A stretch of DNA of 63,910 nucleotides, filler included, from Diploschistes diacapsis (GCA_023645945.1; 9 parts of 9 records of this genome joined end to end with filler, not necessarily neighbours in it), one strand, 5' to 3'. Counted from the first letter of the whole stretch, positions 1 through 11,148 are shown. Made by a program: numbers and translations. The notes: generated by a model not told the origin, from the letters alone.

Positions 1-406
1 GTCCATGTCCGTATTTTAAAAAAAAATTTAAAAATAAAAACGTAAGAAATAAACGTGATAATTTTAAAAATATTAAAAAAAAAATATTTCCGTGTTTTCA
101 TTATAATATAATATCCGTGTCAATAAATTTATCGAAATATAATGTCCGTGTTAATATCCGTGTTTTAATTTTTTAATTACGGTGTCCGTATCCGTGAATT
201 CACGGAAATATAATGTCCGTATTAATATCAATATTTTAAAAATTTTAATTATAGTATCCGTGTCCGTGGATTTACGGAAGTGCAGTATCCGTGTTAGTGT
301 TAATGTTTTTAAAATTTTAATTATCGTGTCCGTGTTAGTGTCCGTGTTTTGAAAATTTTTGCTGTAGTGTCCGTGTCAGTGACCGTGGCACGAAACGGCC
401 ACCCTA
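1..406 (-). mobile_element. Probable end of a DNA transposon (hAT-like) with a subterminal TCCGTG repeat array, AT-enriched
   Basis: About a dozen or more (G/A)TCCGTG(T) motifs in AT-rich sequence. The array stops at 406, where the minus strand reads TAGGGTGGCCGTTTCGTGCCACGG, resembling hAT termini (TAGGG...). The other end lies outside the window. Confidence 0.45.
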
Positions 407-567
407 CTTTCAGCTATACGATAGACCAATATCCTAAATAAACAAGAAATAAAGCTCAGTATTAACGTTAACTACAAAAACTAAGTATATTAATTTATTT
501 CACGCCGCCAAATAAGCTTTATAATACTTACAGTTTTTAAAAATATTAATTATCCTGAAATTATAGG

Positions 568-1575
568 TGTAACGCCCGCAGTGTGCGCACCGGGGTTCAG
601 GTCCCCTTGCTGCCACAGCCACGCACCTATATATAATGTAATAGGGAAACAGTGCTTCGGGGTTTCTGAACGTATTGTAATTAGTTTTTTGGCTTAATAG
701 GATAACGCTATTTATTAAACATTATTTCCGTTGTTATAGTTATGCTTTTATTTCATAGATCTTTGCTTCGAGTATAGGGTTAATCATTTATATTATAATT
801 GAATTTGTTACGTTACGGTTGAACGTATCTTATTAAATCGTTATATAAAACATACGGTTAATTTTAAATAGCTAAATAATCCCGTTTTTAAATTTATAAC
901 GTAAATGATAAAAACGGTTTAAGGTATTTAATATACTCGGGGCGTTATATGAGATGTGATAAGTATTGGAGGCCAGCACTATAAGGAGGGAAAATAGCTA
1001 TAACGCCCGTAATGTGCGCATCGGGGTTCAGATCCTTCTGCTGCCACAGTCACGCATCTATATATAGTGTAATAGGGAAACAGTGCTTCGGGGTTCTTGA
1101 AAGTATTGTAGTTAGTCTTTTGGTTCAGTGGGATAGCGCTATCTATTAGGTACTTCTTTTCGCTGTTATAGTTATGCTTTCAGTTTCTAGATCGTTGGTT
1201 CGAGCATAATTTTATTATTTATGGATCGAATTAATTGCGCATTATTGTTGTCTGCAGGTGTGGATCTGTTCGGGGGCGTAATGAACATGTTTAGGGACCT
1301 TTAAGTCATTGTAGATAGTTGCGATAAACGGTTTAGGGTATCTAACATACCCGGGGCGTTATATGAGACGTAGCAGGTGCTGGGGGCCAGCACTGTGGGG
1401 AGGAGAGATAGTTGTAAGGCCTGCGGGGTTACACATCTGTCACCTGCTGCCACAGCCACGCACCTACATATAGTGTAATAGGGAAACAGTGCTTCGGGGT
1501 TTCTGAAAGCATTGTGTTCAGTCTTTTGACTCAGTGGGATAGTGCTACCTATTAGGCACTACCCCCGCTGTTACA
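568..1575 (+). mobile_element. Tandem non-autonomous mini LTR retrotransposon (TRIM-like): LTR-int-LTR-int-LTR
   Basis: Three homologous repeats at 568-738, 999-1170 and 1413-1575, bounded by TGTAA...GTTACA or the RIP-like variants TATAA/GTTATA. Two homologous internal segments (739-998, 1171-1412) each end in a purine tract (GGGGAGGAGAGA / AAGGAGGGAAAA) just before the next LTR. No ORF. Confidence 0.8.
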
Positions 1576-2432
1576 GTTCTAGTAATGTAATATCATTTCC
1601 TGCGCCGTTGTTTCAAAGAGGTGGTCCATTTCTAGGAATGGCGCAGTAACCCGGTAGACAAATTCTAAGATTAAATTATTTCAACCTCAACTTGATCGAA
1701 GCATATACGGTTTCATTACACCTTTCCCTTAAACTCAACTATAAATTTTTGGAAATCCATGCTAAAAACCTTGTCAGGGACTAACAGGTTGCCCAAGTAC
1801 TACACACAACCTTCTCTCAGATATGGTGTTCCTTCTACATGCTATGATACCAGTCGGTAGGCTACCTGGTTACTTAGATAACAAAGGGCTTCAACTTCAT
1901 CCCAGGGTGATAATTGTTGAAGGGACTTGTTCATCGCTGATCATCTGGCACAGTCACGGCCAAACTGTTCAGGAGTCGAGCTGCGCTCGAACGCTAGTCA
2001 CCATTCTCATTCCCTAACTACCGAGGTTTACCAGTAGTATATCAATTTGATTTAAGCTCACAAGCTTGCTAATGCAACGACGCGTGTGCAGAGCTGGATG
2101 AGAACATAAGCGTTCATAATTAAACTGTTAAGGAGCTGTTGACATACAGGTTGAGCCTAGTAGGTGAGGGCAATTTTTGGTTTGCTGCATGGTATCACAT
2201 ACCTCAAGGAGGCTGATGTACTGAAACCGCATTTGTTTTGTAAATGATAAGTTTGGAGCGCGGTGTAAGCGTATTCTACTGCACTCTGTTCATGGGTACC
2301 GCGCTCTTGGTTGTTGTAGCTTTTGACTAAGTAACGTTCAAAAACCAATGTCCATGGAACGGCCAGCTTCAGGTTGTAAACGCACGAACGTTCTCTAAAG
2401 GTAAGTTAAATGCCAGAATTAGATCCAGCCGT

Positions 2433-3834
2433 TCATAGGAAGAGTTTTTTGGCATCCTTTGAGTGCGACTCGCCCGGACAATATGGACACTTAAAGCGGG
2501 AAATTTTACTCAATCTTTGCAACGACTCTTGAGCAATGACGTGCCCACAAGGCATCATCATGGGAGGGTTCTGGTCGGTCGTTTGTTCCTTTGAAACTGG
2601 GCAAACGAAAATAGAATGAAATCTATAGCTTGGAGGCAAAGGAATTTCGACCTGGATAGAAAATTCAGTGAACCGAAGCATACCAGAAGAGCTTATCGAG
2701 ATATAGGATTGGATTTAACATACCGGTAGTTCGTTTTGGGACGTCCATTCGGTGCGCTTTTTTTCCATGATAACTCGGAGTTTTTGAAGGGTAGGAAGCG
2801 CGATCGCTCCCGCTGTGGCCGCAATATATATGGGAGAATCGGCGGATAATCCGAGCAGCGAACAGAATTCCCTTGTGAAAGATATTGCGATGCTTTCCCA
2901 AGCCCCAGCGGTGTTGAAAGCTCGTTTATAGGGAGATTGAGCAAGGTTTGGACCAAAGGCCATGGCCCCGATAAGCTGCTGAATCTCACGTAGGTAGCGG
3001 TCTTGAAATGTCCCAAATTCTGTACGTGCGTATGTAAGAGCCGCTTGCTGCCTTTCTCTAAGCACAGAGCCACTGAAAGTAGCTTGTCCCGTGAAGAATA
3101 GACGCACGAACTGAAGCTTGCCAAGCTCAAACTCAAGATTACTACCACGAGCCTCGAGCGCAGCGCTATGGGCTCTTGCCCAGTGGGTTGCAGGTAAAAG
3201 GTTCATATTACTCTTCATTTCGTTCAATATGTAGTACATGTTTGCGAATTGCCGTTGCAACATTCCTGCCTGTATCTGCTCTGATTCTTTAATTTGGGAA
3301 TGAGGCTCGATCTTGACTCTCGGGGCGTGGCGTTCGTCACCATAGACACTTTCGCCAAAGAAGGCGGAAGCCACCTCGAATTGCCCCTCTCGAAGGAAAT
3401 GCATTCCAATGGCACGATCAATAAGCTCGTCCCGCGAGGACAGGGTATGATAATCGGATGAAGGTAGAGGCTTGTCTTTCAGCTTCTATTATACAGTTAG
3501 CACGTACCAGAGTTCTAATTGAGACCAGTTTATAGACTTTATCTAGTGCCTTCGAATAATCCCCGAGTGCCTTGTGCACGTCTTTCAAGCCATTACCGAC
3601 GTCATCGAAGCCTTGTTTGATCGGGTTTTGAAGCTTTGCGAGAGTGACCGACGCATCTTCCGGTGCTTAGACAGTGATTAGTGCCTGAACGATAGATGAG
3701 CCATGGGACCAACAGAAGTTGATAGACTGCCTTGCATCCTGGAGCTTGATAATAGTACTGTCGAGATCGCTGAGAACGGACGATAGATCGTCTTTGAAGG
3801 CAAAAGCCAGTTGTTCGTCGATTAAATAATCCAT
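2433..3834 (-). CDS. RMD5: GID/CTLH complex RING E3 ligase subunit Rmd5/Gid2 (spliced, about 5 exons)
   Basis: LisH/CTLH/CRA-like region (HFLREGQFEVA, SNLEFEL, EFCSLLGLSADSP, QNELP) and C-terminal degenerate RING (FHSIFVCPVSKEQTTDQNPPMMMPCGHVI...FKCPYCP). The start MDYLIDEQ at 3834 is inferred. Confidence 0.9.
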
Positions 3835-3923
3835 TCAGGATACAAACTATAGCCCCAGGCCGCTTCACTTTACCCATACAAAATTGAGTATTATAACAGA
3901 TCGGAGGGTTGCATGTATACAGT

Positions 3924-4131
3924 TAACGTGTTTCACGGGGATTCCGGCCACCCCCAGATTCCGGCCACTTTTGCCAAGAAATAGTTTAAATCTTCAATAA
4001 TTCTTCGAAATTAATCGTTATTTTTATTCTTTTTTCAGAATATTACTTTCCAATCAATTATCTATCATATAGAAGAAGTGCACATTGATTACGTCATTAG
4101 TTATTTTTTTAAGCGAATTAAAAATGACGAC
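3924..4131 (+). mobile_element. Terminal inverted repeat end of a Fot1/pogo-like DNA transposon, followed by AT-rich remnant
   Basis: TA followed by ACGTGTTTCACGGGGATTCCGGCCACCCCCAGATTCCGGCCAC. The ACGT start, internal direct repeat (GATTCCGGCCAC x2) and TA flank are typical of fungal pogo-type TIRs. There is an abrupt shift to AT-rich sequence after it. Confidence 0.55.
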
Positions 4132-4536
4132 TCGAAAAAGCGGATTTTTGAACCTTTTAAAATCTGCTTTAACCAAGCAAAAAACATTTTCTTTAAATGC
4201 TCTATTATGAGCGGTTTTATGCTTAGATTCCATTAAAAGTATGAAAAAAACATACTTTCGACGTTATACAGTCGTTGTGTGGCTTTATTCTTCAAAATCC
4301 GAAAGATTTTAAATAATTTGGCCATACAACGGCTAGTTTTCGCTTAATCTAAATTTTCTAAAATGACTGGAAAACGATGAAAAAGGTTACACAACGACTT
4401 TATAATTTCAAAAAAATGTTTTTTTTAATTTTTAATGAAGTCTACAAATAAAACCGCTCATAATAGATCATTTAAATAAAATGTTTTTTGCTTGGTTAAA
4501 GCAGATTTTAAACCATTCGAAAATCCGCTTTGTCGA
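4132..4536. repeat. Long imperfect inverted repeat (foldback/MITE-like), arms about 160 bp
   Basis: 4132-~4295 (TCGAAAAAGCGGATTTT...AAAATCTGCTTTAACCAAGCAAAAAACATTTT...TATTATGAGCGGTTTTAT...AGTCGTTGTGT) is the reverse complement of ~4380-4536 (ACACAACGACT...ATAAAACCGCTCATAATA...AAAATGTTTTTTGCTTGGTTAAAGCAGATTTT...AAAATCCGCTTTGTCGA). Confidence 0.85.
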
Positions 4537-4636
4537 NNNNNNNNNNNNNNNNNNNNNNNNNNNNNNNNNNNNNNNNNNNNTTAATTAATTAANNNNNNNN
4601 NNNNNNNNNNNNNNNNNNNNNNNNNNNNNNNNNNNN
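4537..4636. other. Artificial contig linker (N44-TTAATTAATTAA-N44); identical copies at 9165-9264, 13793-13892, 40863-40962, 45487-45586, 50105-50204, 54720-54819 and 59317-59416
   Basis: The same 100-bp structure occurs eight times. The 12-mer has stop codons in all six frames. Confidence 0.98.
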
Positions 4637-7600
4637 GGCTTTAAGGGGGAGGGGGGCTTTTTGTCCGTGGTAGAAGCCGCCCTTTATCAATCTAGCCCTC
4701 GTTAATAGAGCAGGTGGCTGCCTCGGCTGGAGCATATCACTGGGGGCCCCTCGCGCTGGAGACTGAACGAGTGGTGATACCCATAGTGCCTGCCCCTCGC
4801 TTGCCCCACTGGATTCCCTGATATGTGCCCGATTATAGTCATTGCTTCTAGAACCCTTTTGGAGCTCATCAGTCTAGACTCATAGAAGATGAATCACAAG
4901 CCTTCCAGGCCCTCCCCCACCGTCTCCGGCTTCAGAGGGCGCACAAAAGGAAGAGGGTTCGCTTCAAATACTTTGAGCAGACATACATGCATGTGCAAAG
5001 GCGGTCAGTCACCGCCTCCGTTGGGCAGCTGCCAGACAGTTTATGTTTGGGCACAACTCCAACATTGGAGCGCGACTTCCACTGCGCCCGATTAGGCATC
5101 CAAGGCAGTTGTGGCGATAAGGGATTGGGCCCTGCCACGTAATTAAAAGTTGATCAAATGGCCATTCTCGCCGGTAGCCCCGTAGCCTCGTAGCCTCGTA
5201 GCCGTCTCGCTTCGATGCTCGTTTGGAAGGTTCATTACAAAATCAAGTTATAGTATACTATCCGCTCTTAGTCAAATGATTGCCGACATGTGAGCGGCAG
5301 GGTGTTGCACTAGCAGTCCAAACAAAATAGCGTGCAAGCCGTCTGAAAGCAAAAGATACAAGGTGGGGGCGGTAGTACATTTGATCTATGCGGGGACTCT
5401 GCGTAGCGCAAAGTCTTTTACCGATCCTCGCTTGATCAAGCTATCTCAACCAAGACGCTCAACAAGGAGCAATGCACAGAAGGATTTCTCTTTAAGAATG
5501 CTCGAAAGCTTTCAGTTAAGTGTAACCTCTCTTGAAAGAGACAAGTCATTTGTAGTAACCACTTTCACGTCGTGCAGGCTTCTGGATCAAGGAATGCAGA
5601 TCATGCGTGAGATATAACCTCTCTGAACAGGATTTTAAGCCACGGCAAGGGTCACTAATGATTGTCTGAAACCAGCTTCATGTGGGATTAATTGAATGGC
5701 AGCTGCCAGAACTAAGTATCGCCCGGTCCTACTAGTTTTAAGATGGCTTCGGAGCATGGATATTATACCAACAAGCGTCGTGCACTCAAGATGGATTTGA
5801 TATTCCTACCCCTGGTTACTGAGCCACGCAAAGCCACATCCTGACACTGTGTGGCTAGAGGGGCGCGGGGGAAGTTTCGCCGCAAATCATCGATGCCATG
5901 TGGTGAGTCAGGGATTCAGAGCTCAGGACTTTGAATATTATTATCGGCACCCCGTTCCAAGTTCTGCCCTTTTTGAAAATACAATCCAATACAATACAAT
6001 ACAACTGGTTGGCTGGTAACGCAAAGGTATCGCTGTTTAGAGCGAATGGGCCGCTGAAAGTCCATTTATATCTACTGTATTAGTAATTGACTTGGTCGGG
6101 CATGCCGCATGTGTTAACGGCGGTGAAAAGTCGCCGGAGGGCGCGTCGTCTATTATCCAAGGGTTGGTTACCAAATCAGGCGAATCAAAAGAGTGAGCAG
6201 GGTTCATACACTTTTTCCCGCGGCCCGAACGGATTACACGAATTTCGCTCGTAGAGCATAACGAGTTGTTTTCCTCCATTCAATAAAAAGGCACCACGGT
6301 AACCTTTGTTTTTCATACCCGACACAAGGCCCTTGGGAAGACTTCCCCCTTCCTATCTCCTTGTTGTTGTGTCTTTGGGTTTGGGACGCGCCACCCGAGA
6401 TGGCTCGGATGGCGCGGTCGGAAGGCTTCGTTCGGTGCAAAGTGCAACCTTTGGGCAACATGACCTACGTCAGTAGATGCTCGGGTGCAAGGTAAAGTAG
6501 TTTTTACGTTTACGTCCGTAGCTTGGTTCGCAATTATTATATTATTGAGGCGAGACCCTTGATTACGATCTTGATTGTGATCTTGATTATGATCAATCAA
6601 TGTAAACACAATTGTTGCTGTCACCATCTGAGTCATTTCTTTGACGGTGCATTATTTGTCACTGTGCTGATTACCTCGCCTCATTGACCACACCGACTCG
6701 CCGACAATTTGTGCTGTGCTCAGTATCAGCACACCTTCAACCCTGACTCGTTGATAAGGGAACAACTTCGTTATCGGCACGCCCCATTCACCACCCGCAT
6801 CTTGCATCTTTCGCCCCGATCGCTATACCTGGATAGTCGTACCCAAACAACATGATTATCCTTCGATCCCATTTCACCCTTTGGTGCAACCACACCGGCT
6901 TTTCCTCACAAGCAAGTCAACAGCCTGCAGCCTGATATGCTGCAAGCCACAGCAGCCCATCCACACCTTCCCGTACCATCCGCCTTCCCAGTCACTGCAA
7001 GCCTGCAAGTCTACAACTCAACCCACGCTAACTCACCGATGCGCCGCTTGCCATAATAAGAAACTTGCAACGCCCATAGCCTCCCTTTACAAAACCAGAG
7101 ACTGGGCCTGCTGCTCCTTCACGCAACGACCTGTCGCATCCTCCGCAATACAACACCGGTCTGTCGCATTCAATAGCTACAAAACGCACAAAGCACCATC
7201 TGCACCTTGTTGCTTGGTTCCTCTGACCCCTAAAACAAAGAAAAGCAAAGAAAGGGCCCGTCTCTCACTTCCTTTGCCGCAGCTGCTGCTCAAGTGTATC
7301 GTCCTACTTTCTGGAAAGGGTCAAACATCAGCCAACAACTGGGTTGTTATTATTAAATCCAGCTTGCCTGAACCTCAGCTTACTTGCATGCCAACACTTG
7401 GACACCGACCGCAACCGTCATCCAAGCCAGCCCCCCAAGTTTGTCTAACCGTTGTTTGCTCAGACTCACAGTCAGCAAACTCCCTGGAACACTTCAAGCT
7501 TTCTACTTAACGTCCAACCCGTGCATCCCATTCACCAGGTTTTTCGCATCCTTGGACTTCACAAACCGTCACCAAGTCTCGATCTCTCTGGTATGTTGCC

Positions 7601-7804
7601 ACCTCAAAGACAGCATAGTCGACACTCAAAGTGACAAGCTTCTCAGTACCGACTGGTCGTGTTCATAGTCACTTGAAGACTGTATCTGATCTGGGATCAC
7701 CGCCTGGGCCTGACGCTCAACCAAGAAGCAACCGGCAGAGTCCGAGTTCGCGCGTCACGAATCTCACTACCCACACATCCAATACCACTTATCCGAAAAT
7801 CAAC

Positions 7805-8449
7805 ATGCTTGCCTTGACCAGCTTCTCGGTGAGGCGGTCTTCGACCTCCTCCAATTCGTCCAGCTCCAGTTCCCTCTCGTTATCGCCAAGCGGATGGACG
7901 CCATCGAGATCAACCATCTCACCACCATCGGTCTCGAGCTTCATCACCTCCTCGCCTTCGGATTCTGAGTCGGAGCTTTTGGTGCACCCAAAAACGTCCT
8001 CGACCGTCACCACCCTGAAACGCCGTCCAGCGCCTCGCGCTCTCTCACCACCTCCGTCTTCCTTCACCACTACCGCGCCGGCATCGCACCAGGCTTGCGC
8101 CTTTCCGTCGTGGCCAACGCGCGACAGCCTAACTCCACCGGCAAGCACCCCCAGCCCAACCTCTTCTTACTTTTCGCCCTGCAATGCTCTCCCCTCGAGC
8201 CGCATCTCAGACCACGATCTTGAGACACTAGATTTCTCGACCCCACCGGATTCGGAGGAGGAAGCAGCTGCCGGGTTGTGCATCAGCTGGAGCCAAGTGG
8301 GCACGGGAGCCGTGGCGCCTGTCCAGCAGCCAGTCTTTGAACGCAAGCGCAGGCTTCCACCTCCTCCGGCACAGTATCGCGGACGGAACTCGAGCAAGGC
8401 GCCCACTCGCAAGAGTACCAAAAAGCAGCTTGTGGCCATCACCGAGTGA
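7805..8449 (+). CDS. Ser/Pro-rich, probably disordered hypothetical protein
   Basis: Open frame from ATG 7805 within ORF 7631-8449. It contains CAFPSWP-x-R-x-SL...SS-x-ISD-x-DL, a motif I recall from Pezizomycotina hypothetical proteins (not verified). Confidence 0.6.
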   Translation: MLALTSFSVRRSSTSSNSSSSSSLSLSPSGWTPSRSTISPPSVSSFITSSPSDSESELLVHPKTSSTVTTLKRRPAPRALSPPPSSFTTTAPASHQACAFPSWPTRDSLTPPASTPSPTSSYFSPCNALPSSRISDHDLETLDFSTPPDSEEEAAAGLCISWSQVGTGAVAPVQQPVFERKRRLPPPPAQYRGRNSSKAPTRKSTKKQLVAITE

Positions 8450-9531
8450 AACCATCATTTCCTACTTTTTCTTCACCCGGGGTTGATTCATTTGGGACCA
8501 GCAGACAGTATTTGAGCGTCTTTCGTATTTGGGCGACGTTGGCTTTGGGGGGGGGGGGGGCCAAGGAGCGAGCAAAGCGTTGACTTGAGCATGGCGTACT
8601 ACTTGGTATCGAGCGTTCTTGATGACTTGCATTCGGAATAATGGGATAGGGACTAAATGGGGATTGGGAAGCATGATACCCCGGCATACACAGTTTTGGA
8701 TTTCAGAACTGCAGCAGCAGTTGGGGTTCAGCATCACCAGTCTAGGAGACTTGAATTTTTACTTTGAGGCTTTCGATACCCCGGTAGTTTGATATTTGCT
8801 TGCTATTTGCCCTCACTTTCGAGTGGAACGAGGCTTTCCGAATTGATAATTTGAACTCGCAAATATTAGAAACATGCTAGTTTTTTTCCACAGAGACCTC
8901 ATTCTTGATCCAAGTTTGCATGCATCCCCTCTGTCAGTCTTTGTTGCCCGCCCATTCTTGGACCTGTCACTCAACCACGGATTACAGATCTCACAAACAG
9001 ACTTGTCCCTTTGAAAGCATGAGAGAAAAAATCTTTCACGCTCGACCTTTGATTACATTACTGCTCACGTCACATCTCCCCAACCCCTCAAGGGCTCCAG
9101 AAAGAATCCAGAAGCTGGATTCCAGAAGCCGAAATGCAAAACCACATAACAAACGGTCTACCTCNNNNNNNNNNNNNNNNNNNNNNNNNNNNNNNNNNNN
9201 NNNNNNNNTTAATTAATTAANNNNNNNNNNNNNNNNNNNNNNNNNNNNNNNNNNNNNNNNNNNNGGAGGGGTGAGAAGGGAAGAGGAGATGGAGAGAAAG
9301 AGGATGATGATGCGTGGTTTGAATTCATAAAGCACGGCGTTCGGGAAGGGGCTTTGTGGGGAGTGAGCTAGCTAGCTATGAGCAAGGATAAAGCTGTGGT
9401 TTATCTCTCCAATCCACGCCAGCAAGGAGAAGCTCAAGCTCATGTGTTGGAAGCGTTGCTCGGGCACCGTCCAATAATCGTGCGGAGCTCCGCCTCGAGC
9501 GGCTGTTTTTGCCACTGTTTATCCGTGACGG

Positions 9532-11148
9532 CTAGAAGTGCCTCAGCTTTTCCCGAGCCCAGCCCTCCAAGCCGCCCCGTCTTCTGTCAACTATCTGAAT
9601 CTCGGCCTTGACTCCGAGCATCAGCATAACTTGGAGCTCCCTCTTGAGCTCCGCCTTGCTTTTCTTGCAGTCTTCAATAGCATACCACATGTGCTCCGGG
9701 ATCTCCCTGGTCCCTTCGTCAAAGTATCGCTCAAGCATCTTGCGAGCCTTGTTCCGCTCCTTCAAGCTGAGAGGCGGCAGATCTATCTCGTAATCCATAT
9801 CGTCTTCATTCAGCTCCCTGGAAACACAGCTTCCACCAGCATGGGCCGGGATGTCTTCAGCATGAAGGCCGAGGACTTGCATACTCGGAACGACCAGCGC
9901 GTGGTTCTCGTGCGCGAGGGAGAGGGAGCCGTAGGCGTAGGTGTGGAATATAGCGAGGCCGTCGGGATCGTAATCTACGAGACCGTAGATGGGTATGGTA
10001 GGACGGGTGTCGTGGAGGAGGCGGAGGAAAGAGCGGGTGAGGAGATCCGGGTAGCCTTGTGCCTGGCGTGTGTGTCAGCTCTCGCTGATAATAGAGGAGA
10101 CTTCATGGCATCATCGATAGTTCAGGGCGCCAGGATAAAGTAGCATCCGAGCAGAAACTACAGGTAAATGTGGAGAGGCCTACCGTGAGGATTAGCCCTT
10201 CTTTGCAATATCCGTGACAGAATCTTGTTTGTGCAAGCGTGTGGAAGGTTGCCTGGCAGCAATCAGGGAATGCTTTTGTATTTACACTCGAGATTGAAGA
10301 AGATACGGTACCTTCTTCTCAATCGCTAGGATCCAGCTAATCCGGGAAAGGTCGAGGCTGACCAAGTCCTGCGGATCAGGAACAACGACACCCTCTATCA
10401 TTAGAGGTTGAGCTGTAACAGGATGCAAAAGGAGACTACCTTCACGTCGGAAGCTCCATCGAGTATAACCCCATTCCTGCGCTCGAGTGTGACTGCCCCT
10501 GCAAACAGACCCTTCGCCTCTGCTGTCTATACGAACGGAAGCCAGATGAGAACGGCAAAGCACAGACTAGTGTGAGAATATCCTTACAACGTTTAAGCTG
10601 GACCTAGTGACGCCAAATGTGAAAGCCAGGTCGTCCACTAGCCTGTCCACGATGTTCTGGCTCATGAACAGGACTGGGTCCTGATAGTAGATGTCTCTAG
10701 GTCAAGCATTACCATTGTCAATCGGCAGTTTTCCGTTCTCTGAGAAGCTTTTACCGCTTCGTCACCACGACTCCTTCTGTAAGTGCCTTGTGCATGACAT
10801 CCAGGATGGAGAGCACTACCGCTGTCGTTTTGTTAGCAAAGAATTTTGGGTCTCCCGAGTGGAGAGCTTACTGAATCTCCACGCTGTCGGCCCATCTTTG
10901 CCTGGAAATGCAAATTTACTCACAGCACGAGCAGCGCTTGTTGACGTCGGTTGTGGTTGAATATTCGAATAATGCAGTCGCCGTCTCTTGATGGGAAGAC
11001 TGAGAGGACGACGGTGAACTAGGTCATCCAACAGTCTCTCTACCAGGTCCTCTATCTGGTTGATAACCTGCCTGCCCTCGTCGCGCCCAAAGGCAAGTGG
11101 CCCAGTCAATGAGTGAGGCCCTGACAAAGATGCAGCCATGGTAGGCAT
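9532..11148 (-). CDS. SPO11: Meiotic recombination protein Spo11/Rec12 (TopoVI-A family), about 7 exons
   Basis: Spliced motifs: FPG...AWRF, TKR/DIYYQDPVLF (catalytic Tyr region), VDDLA, AKGL, ILAIEKK/ATF, LILT/AQGYPD, LVDYDPDG (DxD), and C-terminal ELQVMLMLGVKAEIQ. Start codon uncertain. Confidence 0.9.

Noticed and set aside
568..1575. CRISPR-like or satellite reading of the three repeats
   Set aside because: The spacers are homologous to each other, and the repeats have LTR termini and polypurine tracts. The context is eukaryotic with no cas genes.
4581..4592. Palindromic TTAATTAATTAA repeated eight times as a biological element
   Set aside because: It is always centred in exactly 44+44 Ns, so it is a synthetic linker.
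6881..7668. ORFs of 60-209 aa upstream of the Ser/Pro-rich gene
   Set aside because: They have non-ATG starts and no recognisable motifs, so they are more likely promoter or 5' UTR.
8546..8560. G-runs and other simple repeats (also GTAGCCTC at ~5175-5203, CAATA at ~5987-6001, GGAAAGCCC at ~63329-63355)
   Set aside because: These are ordinary microsatellite or homopolymer tracts with no further structure.
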